From positions 1-54,163 of the forward strand of contig JBPOIM010000029.1 of NCBI GenBank assembly GCA_052034485.1: a stretch of DNA of 54,163 bases. The letters are read 5' to 3'. Made by a program: the position numbers and the translations under genes. This stretch comes from Candidatus Anderseniibacteriota bacterium (lineage in GTDB: Bacteria > Patescibacteriota > Andersenbacteria > UBA10190). Shown one piece after another: positions 16,414-25,442 of this stretch. Below the pieces are notes generated by a model. It was not told the origin of the DNA and made no database searches. It saw only the letters and a program-made list of their open reading frames with translations. Within the stretch, counting starts at the first letter, position 1, and every line of letters begins with the position of its first letter.

Positions 16414-17988
16414 CTATCGTGCACCTATTCCGAATACTTCTTGGACGTTTTTGAAATGCGCTTCTTCTTGCTGCTGCTTTTGCTCGAGCGCTGCGGGGCC
16501 GTTGCCTGCTGTTTGCGATAGCACGCACGAGAGATGAACGGTTTCTCCGGTGATATCTGCGATCGCCTTTTGCACGCCCTGGGCGTTTGCTGGTTTTTCG
16601 AAGAATGTTTTATGGAGTGGAAACTGTACGTGCAAGCGGAGTGTTGAATCTTGCATGTCCATTGGCTGTGTTGCTCGAAGGAATGTGGATGCTACAGGGT
16701 TATCTTTTCGTACGTGTTGGATAATATCTTCCCATGATGATTGGATTTTTTTAAATAATTCTGAAGGCGGTTCAGTAGATGCTTGTGGAGCTTCTTGCTT
16801 CTGTACTGGTGCGGGCGCTTGTTGTTGCACGGGTTTTGGTGGCGCAACTTGTACTTGTGGTTGCTGTATTTGTACGGTTGGAGTTGGGCGAGGTGCTTGC
16901 TGTTGTACGGGGGCTGCTGGCTGTTGTGCGGCTGGTGCTGCAGGGCGAGACACGCATACGGTAAGAATTGCCAACTCTATTGCAATGAGTGGATCGGGCA
17001 CTACGGCGATATCTTGGAGTGCGACTAAGAACGCTCGCATAATAACAGTGATACGGTCTATTGCCTGCGGCGAAGATGCAAATGCCGGCGGGTTATTTTC
17101 GGTAATTGCACGAACAACTCCCTCGCGCGCTACGCGAACAGATTCTTGGAGGAATTGGTCTGGGTCGAATCCGTCTGCGTATGCCTGTGTTGCAACGGCG
17201 ACTGCACGTTTTGCATCAGATGCTACAAGTGCTTCTAAAAAGTCTTGAATGATTTGTGGAGATGGCACACCAAGCAGTTCGGATGCTCCTTGGGTGGTAA
17301 TCTTTTCGGTAGTGCTTGAAAGAATTTGTCCAAGGAGTGACTCTGCATCGCGGTAGCACCCATCGCTTCTGGAGGCGATAAACAGCAATACGTCCTTATC
17401 TGCTTTTCGCTTTTCTTGTTTCAGTAAATGTGTGAGGCGACCAACAATTTCTTCGTCAGTTGCTCGGCGGAATCGGAAGAGCTGACAGCGAGATGCAATG
17501 GTTGCAGGTACTTTGTGCAATTCTGTAGTAGCGAGAATAAACACTACGTGCCTTGGAGGCTCTTCAAGTGTTTTGAGGAGTGCTGCAAATGCGGGCGCAG
17601 AAAGCATGTGTACTTCGTCGATAATATATATTTTGTATGTGCCAGATGTAGGTGCGAGGTTTGCTGTTTCTCGAAGCGCGCGGATGTCGTCGATTCCTCT
17701 ATTGGAAGCGGCATCTATTTCAATAATATTGAGTGAGCGCTTTTCTTGAAACTCTGTACATGCCGCACATGTCCCACACGGTTCTGCGGTTTTTGATTGT
17801 GTACAGCACAGGCGTTTTGCAAATACGCGGGCGGTTGTGGTCTTTCCTGTTCCTCGTGGCCCTTGGAATAAGTATGCATGCGCAACTTTATCCTGGAGGA
17901 CTTGCTGCTCTAAAATAGACGTAATATGCCCCTGGCCGGTAATTTCGGCGAAGGTGAGGGGGCGATACTGGCGATATAATGCGGGCAC
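16414..17988 (-). CDS. dnaX: DNA polymerase III subunit gamma/tau
   Basis: Walker A GPRGTGKTT, Zn module CGTCAACTEF, and the DEVHML and SRC motifs. A P/Q/A-rich linker lies in the C-terminal half. Confidence 0.92.
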   Translation of the reverse strand: MPALYRQYRPLTFAEITGQGHITSILEQQVLQDKVAHAYLFQGPRGTGKTTTARVFAKRLCCTQSKTAEPCGTCAACTEFQEKRSLNIIEIDAASNRGIDDIRALRETANLAPTSGTYKIYIIDEVHMLSAPAFAALLKTLEEPPRHVVFILATTELHKVPATIASRCQLFRFRRATDEEIVGRLTHLLKQEKRKADKDVLLFIASRSDGCYRDAESLLGQILSSTTEKITTQGASELLGVPSPQIIQDFLEALVASDAKRAVAVATQAYADGFDPDQFLQESVRVAREGVVRAITENNPPAFASSPQAIDRITVIMRAFLVALQDIAVVPDPLIAIELAILTVCVSRPAAPAAQQPAAPVQQQAPRPTPTVQIQQPQVQVAPPKPVQQQAPAPVQKQEAPQASTEPPSELFKKIQSSWEDIIQHVRKDNPVASTFLRATQPMDMQDSTLRLHVQFPLHKTFFEKPANAQGVQKAIADITGETVHLSCVLSQTAGNGPAALEQKQQQEEAHFKNVQEVFGIGAR

Positions 17989-18021
17989 GTAATGTACGGT
18001 ACGGTAAAATCTGCTGTTTCG

Positions 18022-18525
18022 CTAGGCTGTTTGTTCTTGTTTGGAATTGTTCTGAAAAATGAACAGTTTGCTTCCGAAGAAATTAATAAAGAGAATAAAC
18101 ACAATTGCAGCGGCCTTTGCAGCAAAGTCGCGCTCTTCTCCGAATAGGGATACAAACAGGCTCCACTGTACAAATAGCGACACGATGATTTGGTTCAGTG
18201 CCCAAGTGAATGTATTGAGGGCAAAGTATCCAGCTCCCTGCTTTGCAACATTTCCTTCAGCTCCTTGGAATGTCCATGCGCGGTTAATTAAAAAGTTGCT
18301 GCAGATAGCAAGAAATACGCTGACGTTATTTGCGGCAATAATTTTTGTGCCAAATAGCGTGTATGTTGCAGTCCAGCCTACAAGCCGAGTCAATATGGCA
18401 AACGTACCAAAATCTACCACGGCACCAATTGCTCCCGTTATCCCAAACTTAATAAACTGCTTGGCAGTTCTTTGGTGTCTCTCTGGTACGGCAGAGAGAA
18501 TTGCGTCTGTTAGCTTGGTAAGCAT
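18022..18525 (-). CDS. GtrA family membrane protein
   Basis: Reads FIKFGITGAIGAVVDFGTFAIL... with 4 TM helices and a ...NRAWTF motif. ATG 18525 avoids overlap with the upstream gene. Confidence 0.8.
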   Translation of the reverse strand: MLTKLTDAILSAVPERHQRTAKQFIKFGITGAIGAVVDFGTFAILTRLVGWTATYTLFGTKIIAANNVSVFLAICSNFLINRAWTFQGAEGNVAKQGAGYFALNTFTWALNQIIVSLFVQWSLFVSLFGEERDFAAKAAAIVFILFINFFGSKLFIFQNNSKQEQTA

Positions 18526-18536
18526 GAAAATATATT

Positions 18537-19061
18537 TTAGTGATGAATAACGTGTTCGACTGCTCCCCAATCGCCTTCTCCGTGTTCTGGGATGAGTACA
18601 GTTACTTCGTCGCCTTCTTGTGCTTTGTAAAAGGTTACGCTGGCAAGAAGGATTTTGTATGTTTTTTCTGGAGTTTGAACGCCAAAATTACCAAGCTCAT
18701 CTACTACCAAGGTACCCACCACTCGCTTGCGTTCAACTGGGTTGATTTGCTTGTATACCAGACCTCCGTCTGTTTCGATTGTCAGTTTGAGCACATCTCC
18801 TTCTACGAGCTTTGATTTTGAAGCGTAATTTGGAGGAACAGGATACTCTTCGCCATCGTTGCCTTGCATATTCTGCCCATCGAATACTCCTTCTATAATG
18901 CGTTCGCCTTCAGGCATAGAGGCGCTAGGGCTCGTATGTTCGTGGCTTGCAGAGTCAAAATTATCCCCCTCTTCCAGTGCTTGGCGCACATATTGAATAT
19001 TTCTCTCCGCGTCGTCAAGGCGCTGAGTGATAAGTGCGAGTGTTCGAGGGTCTAAAGCCAT
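18537..19061 (-). CDS. Hypothetical protein (N-terminal coiled coil, C-terminal beta-rich domain)
   Basis: 174 aa from ATG 19061 (MALDPRTLAL...). Contains ...YPVPPNYASKSKLVEGDVLKLTIE... No family recognised. Confidence 0.55.
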   Translation of the reverse strand: MALDPRTLALITQRLDDAERNIQYVRQALEEGDNFDSASHEHTSPSASMPEGERIIEGVFDGQNMQGNDGEEYPVPPNYASKSKLVEGDVLKLTIETDGGLVYKQINPVERKRVVGTLVVDELGNFGVQTPEKTYKILLASVTFYKAQEGDEVTVLIPEHGEGDWGAVEHVIHH

Positions 19062-19158
19062 AGGAAATGGTGTTTGTGTTTCAGGTCCTGTTCTATGCCT
19101 GTATGATATACTAGTTACAAAATCAGCACAACGAATTGTATTTTTAACGGAAGTGCGT

Positions 19159-20682
19159 ATGTCTCGATTGAATGCATTGTGGATTCTTATTGCTATTATC
19201 GCCGTTGGCATTGGCTTGCGGGGGTATCATCTTACGGAAAGAAGTATTTGGTTTGATGAAGCATTTTCTTGGAGAACGGTTCGGTTTCCGATGAGCGAAA
19301 TGATGAGCCGGATCCAGGCAGACGTTCACCCTCCGCTGTATTATGTGCTCCTAAAAGGATGGACGTATGTGTTTAGCAGTTCCGCTTTTGCTATTCGGTC
19401 GTTTTCTGTTACATGCGCGGGGCTTTCGTTAGCCAGCGCATATCTGTTTGCGTCCTATGCCTTTAAGTCACGGAGGGTTGGGCTTATGGCGGCTACGTTC
19501 CTCGCTATTTCTCCGTGGGTTAGTTTTTATGGGTGGGAGGCTCGCATGTATCCACTGGGAATGACGTGGGCGCTGCTTTCTTCTTACGCGCTCTTGCGCG
19601 CAATACGAACTACATCGTTGTTGTGGTCTGTATTATATGGCGTGTTGGCAGCGGCGCTTATATACACACACTATTACGGATTTTTCACGCTTGCGGCACA
19701 TGTATTGGTTGTGCTTGGTGTGTTGATATATCGAACAAAATGGCGACCAGGAGAGCTTTTTCATGATCGAATTTGGTGGGGAGCGGTAACTGCAACCGCT
19801 ATTATTCTTGTGCTCTATTCTTTTTGGCTTCCAACATTTTTGCGTCAGCGGGAGCAGGTGGAAGAGTCCTATTGGGTTCCTCCGGTTACTGCGCATTCTA
19901 TTCCCGATACATTGTATAAAATAGTAGCTCCTACTCAGCAGCCTGTTTCCTACGAAGGCGCTCAAGCATTGCTTTCCTATGCGCCTTTAGTTGGGGTTAT
20001 TGTGCTATGCGCGTATGCCGTTATTCGATTTCCAAAACATGAGGGGCTATGGATTACCGTGCTTTCCGGAGCAGTTCCCTTTGTGTGCGCGGCTGGCATC
20101 TCTTTGTTTGAGAGGAGTGTATATAACGATCGGTTTCTTGCGTATGCGGGAATATTTTTGTTTATTGTGGCGGCGTATGCCATTGATAGAATTCGTCAGC
20201 AAGCACTGCGCTTTGGAGTGTTTGTGGTCGCAATTGTTTTCTTGGTCGTAACCTTTGTGTTATATGCTCAAGAGCTTTCTATTTCGTCGAAACCTGGCGT
20301 TCAGGCTGCGGTGAATTATGTCTTCGAACACCGATCTGCCGATCAGCAAGTTATTGTGCAGTCTCCTTATGTGTTTTTCCCTGTGCTGCATTATGCAACA
20401 GAAAAGTTTCGAAGTGCAGATGCTGTGCATCTGTATTCTTCTGATCGCGAGCTTACGCATTTTGGTGGTGGGCCTGTTATTAAAAGCACTGATATTGTAA
20501 CGCCGGAAGATATTGCTTCGTATACCGGCACTGTGTGGGTTATAGATACGACAGGGTTTAGCGAGAAGTTTTTTGAAGCGCCATCTTCGTGGAAAGAAGT
20601 AGATCAGCGCAGTTTTTCAGAAGTATTTGGGTACCAGGGCGATATTATTGTTCGGGAACTACGGGTCATTGACAGAAAATAG
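19159..20682 (+). CDS. Glycosyltransferase family 39 (ArnT/PMT-like GT-C)
   Basis: Multi-TM protein with the first-loop DE motif (SIWFDEAFSW) and a C-terminal soluble domain. ATG 19159 (MSRLNALWILIAII). Confidence 0.8.
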   Translation: MSRLNALWILIAIIAVGIGLRGYHLTERSIWFDEAFSWRTVRFPMSEMMSRIQADVHPPLYYVLLKGWTYVFSSSAFAIRSFSVTCAGLSLASAYLFASYAFKSRRVGLMAATFLAISPWVSFYGWEARMYPLGMTWALLSSYALLRAIRTTSLLWSVLYGVLAAALIYTHYYGFFTLAAHVLVVLGVLIYRTKWRPGELFHDRIWWGAVTATAIILVLYSFWLPTFLRQREQVEESYWVPPVTAHSIPDTLYKIVAPTQQPVSYEGAQALLSYAPLVGVIVLCAYAVIRFPKHEGLWITVLSGAVPFVCAAGISLFERSVYNDRFLAYAGIFLFIVAAYAIDRIRQQALRFGVFVVAIVFLVVTFVLYAQELSISSKPGVQAAVNYVFEHRSADQQVIVQSPYVFFPVLHYATEKFRSADAVHLYSSDRELTHFGGGPVIKSTDIVTPEDIASYTGTVWVIDTTGFSEKFFEAPSSWKEVDQRSFSEVFGYQGDIIVRELRVIDRK

Positions 20683-20777
20683 TATTAATAATAAAACGTA
20701 AAGCAGGATTTCGCTGTTCGTTTTTAGTGTGTGTTTTTTTGCTCGATTCCTTACCCCGTATGAGATGGAGGGTTGTA

Positions 20778-21272
20778 ATGACGGATCCTATTGCCCCAGT
20801 TCTTATGCTGGGAGGTATGACAAGGATACTTCTTGCTAACACGATTGGTGAGCATTGGGAGATTTGTGTTCAGGATGAGCGCCTCCTAGAGCTTTCGCTG
20901 GTTGACTTGTCTGAAGTGGTACTTATTGACTGTCTTTCTCCTGGAGAGGAAAGGATTCATGGAGACGACGTGCTTGATAGACTGCATAAAATGCATATTC
21001 TTCCATTGGGGTGGAGTGCGTTTCTAAAGCTTCGGTTTAATTACATTGTAAAAGGACCGGAAAGTGAGCTTGAGTGGCTACGCACGCACAGAGGTGTCGA
21101 ACAGTGCGCGTTCTTCGGCACGATATTTCAGTGTGCGCATGATCGTCGCATTGAAGGCGTTATCTGTCTCTATTGGAATAGGCGCAGAAAACGATGGGGG
21201 TTCTATGTGGACCGCTTTAATGCGATTGCACATTCTCGCCACGCAAAGTGTCTCGCACTCCCCGCTTCGTAG
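20778..21272 (+). CDS. Orphan hypothetical protein (164 aa, Cys/His/Arg-rich, no TM)
   Basis: GGAGGG at 20767..20772 sits 5 nt before ATG 20778. A hairpin with a T-run follows the gene. No motif recognised. Confidence 0.55.
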   Translation: MTDPIAPVLMLGGMTRILLANTIGEHWEICVQDERLLELSLVDLSEVVLIDCLSPGEERIHGDDVLDRLHKMHILPLGWSAFLKLRFNYIVKGPESELEWLRTHRGVEQCAFFGTIFQCAHDRRIEGVICLYWNRRRKRWGFYVDRFNAIAHSRHAKCLALPAS

Positions 21273-21299
21273 AACGAGATGTAACACATTGTTTCTTTC

Positions 21300-21340
21300 T
21301 CCCCGCTTAGCAAATATGCTGATGCGGGGAATTTTATTTG
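21300..21340 (+). terminator. Weak Rho-independent terminator overlapping the ftsQ 3' end
   Basis: Stem TCCCCGC (21300..21306) / GCGGGGA (21324..21330) with a 17-nt loop, followed by ATTTTATTT. Confidence 0.4.
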
Positions 21341-22107
21341 TAGTACACGCGGTTTGGAATACGAAGGTCGATGTATTGCAATGTTTGTTGTTCTTCTTGT
21401 GTGATGGTGTGCTCAAGGAGTTGCGAGAGTACGTCTATTTGCCCTTGCGCGGGGCGTGTGGTGTCCATGAGGATTCTCCAGTTGCGGTCTAGATTAAAAT
21501 GAACTTCTCGTGTTGCCAGCGACGGAATATTGATTTCTGCAATCTGCGCATGAGTTATATCTGGCAGTTTTTGCTGTGCTTCTTGAATGAAGTTTACGAA
21601 TGAGGGGTCCACGGCATTTGCTCCAAGGGTTACTGTTGCCTGGGAATCGGAATTTTTGACCGTTGGTAATACTACGCCCGGGAGCTGGTCGAGGGAGGCA
21701 TCTTCGTACGCAATGCCTTGTGAGTCAACAAAGTAGTACGATCCTCCTGATACAAGAAGGAACGCAGGGGTTTTTTCTTGTACGATTACTTTTAGCGTGC
21801 CCGGGAGCTTTCTTAAAATATGAATATCGCGAATTTGTGGGAGTTTACGAATAATTTTTTCTTCTAATTGTGTTGTTGGAAGAAAAAAGATGTTTTCTCC
21901 GAGCGCGGAGTCGGCCAGCGAGCGAACTTCCGACTCTGTGTTTGGCTTTGCGTCTACAACGGTTACTGCTCCTACAGAAAATGTTTTTGTGAAGAAGATA
22001 AGCCACGTGAGAATCGACACCGGAACAATAAGGAGCGCAAGGAGGAATGCGAACGATGACCATTCGACTGCCTGTCGTCTTAATTGCTCCCACCGCGCAC
22101 GATTCAT
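21334..22107 (-). CDS. ftsQ: Cell division protein FtsQ (POTRA domain)
   Basis: N-terminal TM followed by POTRA (FSVGAVTVVDAKPNTESEVRSLA...NIFFLPTTQLEEKI..LPQIRDIHILRKLPGTLKVIVQEK). Confidence 0.8.
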   Translation of the reverse strand: MNRARWEQLRRQAVEWSSFAFLLALLIVPVSILTWLIFFTKTFSVGAVTVVDAKPNTESEVRSLADSALGENIFFLPTTQLEEKIIRKLPQIRDIHILRKLPGTLKVIVQEKTPAFLLVSGGSYYFVDSQGIAYEDASLDQLPGVVLPTVKNSDSQATVTLGANAVDPSFVNFIQEAQQKLPDITHAQIAEINIPSLATREVHFNLDRNWRILMDTTRPAQGQIDVLSQLLEHTITQEEQQTLQYIDLRIPNRVYYK

Positions 22108-22116
22108 ACTGGAGCG

Positions 22117-23382
22117 TTATGAGTTTGCGGCTAATGTTGTAAATGGCAGATAGGAGTGCAGACAGTTTGGAATTGCAACAGAACCATCTGGCTGCTGATG
22201 ATTTTCAATAAGGGCAATGAGGAGTCGAGATAACGCAACAGCTGTTCCATTGAGCATGTGAACTTTTTGTGTAGATCCATCTTCTGCCTTGGTGCGAATG
22301 TTAAGCCGTCGAGATTGGTAGTCGGTTGTGTTGCTTGTGGAGTGTGTTTCTCGGTATGTTTGTTCGCTCGGGATCCACGTTTCAATGTCGTATGTTTTAG
22401 CGGAAGGCTGGCCAATATCTCCAGCTGCAAGTCGTACAACGCGGTATGGTAACGCAAGTGCATCCATAATGTCTCGCTGCTTTTGCAATAGGAACTCGTG
22501 CTCTTGTTGCGATGATGCGGGGTCGGTAATGCTAAACATTTCTACTTTATCAAACTGGTGAAGACGCAAAATTCCCTTCACGTCTTTTCCGTGACTCCCT
22601 GCCTCTCTACGGAAGCACGGAGTAAAGGCAACGTAGCGAAGTGGAAGGGTTTTTCTATCGAGTATTTCATCCATATGCATTACGCCGAGAGACTGCTCGC
22701 TTGTACCAACTAAATACAGATCATCTTGTGTTTTGTATACTTCGTCTCCTGCTTGGTCGAGGTACCCCATACCAGCCATTGCTTGTTCTTGTAGGAGGAG
22801 CGGCGGAATAACTTGGGTAAATCCTTCCTTGGTGAGGGTATCCATAATGAACGATGCAAGCGCAAGCTCCATACGCGCTACATCTCCGGATATATACGTA
22901 AAGCGCGCTCCGGCAACTTTTGCTCCACGTTCCATGTCTATTCTGCTCCCCATAAGCGTCATGTAGTCCAGTGGAGTGTCGGAGCTCCCCAGTACGGGTG
23001 TTGTGCTTGTTGCAATAACTTCGCTATCTTTTTCTCCGCCAACTTGAACATCCGGAAGTGGTACGTTTGGGATAGAGCGCCATAGTGAGTCTCGCTCTTG
23101 CGCGGCGGTTTCCACTTGCTCAGTAAGAGAGGCCTCTTCATTTCCGAGTGCTTGCATGGATGCAATAATGGTTTGCTTTTCTTGTGCGGAAGCAGTAGCT
23201 ATTTGTTCGCTGGCCTGTTTTTTCTTTGATCGAAGACTGTCGAGTTTTTCGGAATACGCTATCCAGTTTTTATCTGCAGTAAGAAGTGCCTCCACAGTTT
23301 CTTGTGTGACTCCACGCTTCATGAGCAAATCGAGTGTTTGCTTTCTGGTTGCTTCGTTTCGAAGGAGGTCTAAATCAATCAT
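22117..23382 (-). CDS. serS: Seryl-tRNA synthetase
   Basis: N-terminal coiled-coil arm and class II motifs (..FRREAGSHGKDVKGILRLHQFDKVE.., GTAVALSRLLIALIENHQ). Confidence 0.93.
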   Translation of the reverse strand: MIDLDLLRNEATRKQTLDLLMKRGVTQETVEALLTADKNWIAYSEKLDSLRSKKKQASEQIATASAQEKQTIIASMQALGNEEASLTEQVETAAQERDSLWRSIPNVPLPDVQVGGEKDSEVIATSTTPVLGSSDTPLDYMTLMGSRIDMERGAKVAGARFTYISGDVARMELALASFIMDTLTKEGFTQVIPPLLLQEQAMAGMGYLDQAGDEVYKTQDDLYLVGTSEQSLGVMHMDEILDRKTLPLRYVAFTPCFRREAGSHGKDVKGILRLHQFDKVEMFSITDPASSQQEHEFLLQKQRDIMDALALPYRVVRLAAGDIGQPSAKTYDIETWIPSEQTYRETHSTSNTTDYQSRRLNIRTKAEDGSTQKVHMLNGTAVALSRLLIALIENHQQPDGSVAIPNCLHSYLPFTTLAANS

Positions 23383-23385
23383 AGG

Positions 23386-24861
23386 TTATGAGCGGTCTTG
23401 TTCGCGAAGGAGTGGGAATAAAATAACGTCGCGCAAGTGTGATGTGTTCGTGAGGAGCATGACGAGCCTATCTACCCCTAGTCCAAAGCCGGCAGCAGGA
23501 GGCATGCCGTATTCCATTGCCTGCAAATATGATTCGTCGATACTATGTGCTTCCCTATCCCCCTTATCGCGCGATGCCTGCTGCTCTTCAAATCGGGCGC
23601 GCTGCTCTACTGGGTCGTTTAATTCCGTGTACGCTTTTACAATTTCCATTCCTGCAATAACAAGCTGGAACATTTCTGCAATCCGTTCATCTTGCAAGCT
23701 TCGTTTCGCGAGCGGTACGAGTTCTACGGGGTAGTCGTACAAAATTGTTGGATTTTGCAGGGTTGGGCGGACAATTTCTTTGTAGAGTTCATCCACAAGC
23801 TTTGTATATGTTTTTGTTTTTGGCGGAGTAATAGAATGTTTTTCAAATGCCGCAATGTATACTGCAGGATCTTTTTCTTCGAGGACGTTAATGCCTGTTC
23901 TCTCTTGTAATAATTCAACATACGAATATCGATCAAATGGTGCAGCAAATGAAATACTCTTATCTCCCCAAGGCACTTCGTATGAACCAGTTACTTCGAG
24001 CGCAGCAGAGGATACAATTTGTTCTGCGGTATCCATGAGATCTTCGTAGTCTGCGTATGCTTGGTAGAATTCCAGCATGGTAAATTCTGGATTGTGTGAT
24101 TTGTCGACGCCTTCGTTGCGGAAATTTTTTCCGATTTCAAATACCTTTTCAAATCCCCCAACGAGTAATCGCTTCAGGTAGAGTTCTGGAGCAATACGAA
24201 GAAATAGATCAGAATCGAGCGCATTGTGATGTGTTGAAAACGGTTCAGCAAGTGTGCCTCCGGCAATGGGTTGGAGTACAGGCGTTTCAACTTCAATAAA
24301 CCCATTAGAGGTAAGGTAGTTTCGAATAAACGTAAGAACGCGACTGCGTTTTTCAAATACTCGTTTTGTATCTGGATTTGCGAGCAGGTCTAATTCTCGT
24401 TCTCGTGAACGTTGCTCTACATCTTTAAGGCCAAACCACGTACTTGGGATTGGGCGAATTGCTTTACTGGCGAATGTATATTCGGTTACAAGAATTGTTT
24501 TTTCTCCTCGCTTGCTCAATACCGGCTGTCCGCTTGCTTCTACGAAGTCGCCCGTGTCTATATGTTCTATGCCCTTGAACCGATCGCCGAGTTTTTCTTC
24601 GGTGAATTGGAGTTGAATCTTGCCGCTTTCATCGGCGATATCAGCAAAGGCAATGGCTCCGTGTGTGCGGATTGCTTGAATGCGTCCAACAAGAACAACG
24701 CTTGATCCGTCTTTCGCGAGATCATCGAATTGAGATACTAGCTCACTTATCCGAGAGGTGCGACGTACTTCCGATGGGTACGGAGGGTGCCCAGATGCAA
24801 GAAGCTCTTGTCGGGTAGCAAGACGCTGGTTTCGTATTTCTTCTAATCTATCTTCAGCCAT
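23386..24861 (-). CDS. lysS: Lysyl-tRNA synthetase (class II)
   Basis: OB anticodon-binding domain and class II motifs (FRNEGVDKSHNPEFTMLE, GFGLGVDRLVMLL). Confidence 0.93.
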   Translation of the reverse strand: MAEDRLEEIRNQRLATRQELLASGHPPYPSEVRRTSRISELVSQFDDLAKDGSSVVLVGRIQAIRTHGAIAFADIADESGKIQLQFTEEKLGDRFKGIEHIDTGDFVEASGQPVLSKRGEKTILVTEYTFASKAIRPIPSTWFGLKDVEQRSRERELDLLANPDTKRVFEKRSRVLTFIRNYLTSNGFIEVETPVLQPIAGGTLAEPFSTHHNALDSDLFLRIAPELYLKRLLVGGFEKVFEIGKNFRNEGVDKSHNPEFTMLEFYQAYADYEDLMDTAEQIVSSAALEVTGSYEVPWGDKSISFAAPFDRYSYVELLQERTGINVLEEKDPAVYIAAFEKHSITPPKTKTYTKLVDELYKEIVRPTLQNPTILYDYPVELVPLAKRSLQDERIAEMFQLVIAGMEIVKAYTELNDPVEQRARFEEQQASRDKGDREAHSIDESYLQAMEYGMPPAAGFGLGVDRLVMLLTNTSHLRDVILFPLLREQDRS

Positions 24862-24913
24862 ACCTAAAAAGTGTAGCTGGAAACGCTAAAAGTGGAAATA
24901 CAAATGGATTGTA

Positions 24914-25369
24914 TTAGCTGATTTTCTTGATAGTGCACTCTTTTGTGCCTGCCGGTACGGGGATTTGAACAGTTTCGCCTACCTTTGCGCCCAAGAGCGC
25001 CATTCCCATAGGTGATTCATTGCTAATCTTTCCTTGAAGTGGATTTGCTTCGTTTGAGCCTACTACGTGGTATTCCTTATCCGCTCCATTGCAAGAAAGC
25101 AACACGAGGCTTCCAATTCCTACGGCATCAGTTTTGTGCTTTGCAACAACGTGCGCATTTTTAATTGTCATTTCTAGTTCAGCAATTTCAAGCTCAATGC
25201 GGCTTTGCTCTTCTTTTGCGCTTGAGTATTCTGCATTTTCAGAGAGATCTCCCTGTTCTTTTGCGGTGTGGATTGCATCCGCAATTTCACGTCTGCGGAC
25301 AGTCTTAAGTATGTGCAAGCGTTCTTGCAACTCGGTCATTCCTTGTTTGGTGAGATATTGTTCCTTCAT
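24914..25369 (-). CDS. greA: Transcription elongation factor GreA
   Basis: Coiled-coil N-terminal domain with the acidic tip (GDLSENAEYSSAKEEQ) and a C-terminal FKBP-like domain. Confidence 0.92.
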   Translation of the reverse strand: MKEQYLTKQGMTELQERLHILKTVRRREIADAIHTAKEQGDLSENAEYSSAKEEQSRIELEIAELEMTIKNAHVVAKHKTDAVGIGSLVLLSCNGADKEYHVVGSNEANPLQGKISNESPMGMALLGAKVGETVQIPVPAGTKECTIKKIS

Positions 25370-25442
25370 AGATAATAATGTAAGAGTTTGACCAGTGTAG
25401 CGAATATGCCTAAGAGGTCAAGTTTTATTTATTCACACTTTG

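Noticed and set aside
16788-16953. Repetitive GC-rich DNA (repeated GCTG/GTTG/TTGT units) that could look like a tandem repeat or array.
   Set aside because: It is in frame within dnaX and encodes the P/Q/A-rich linker (PAAPAAQQPAAPVQQQAPRPTP...QQAPAPVQKQ). It is low-complexity coding sequence, with no unit-plus-spacer structure.
25394-25421. A possible greA promoter, TTGACC-16-TACACT, on the minus strand.
   Set aside because: It would leave only an ~18-nt leader with no SD. The match is moderate and unsupported by any other signal, so it is not listed as a feature.
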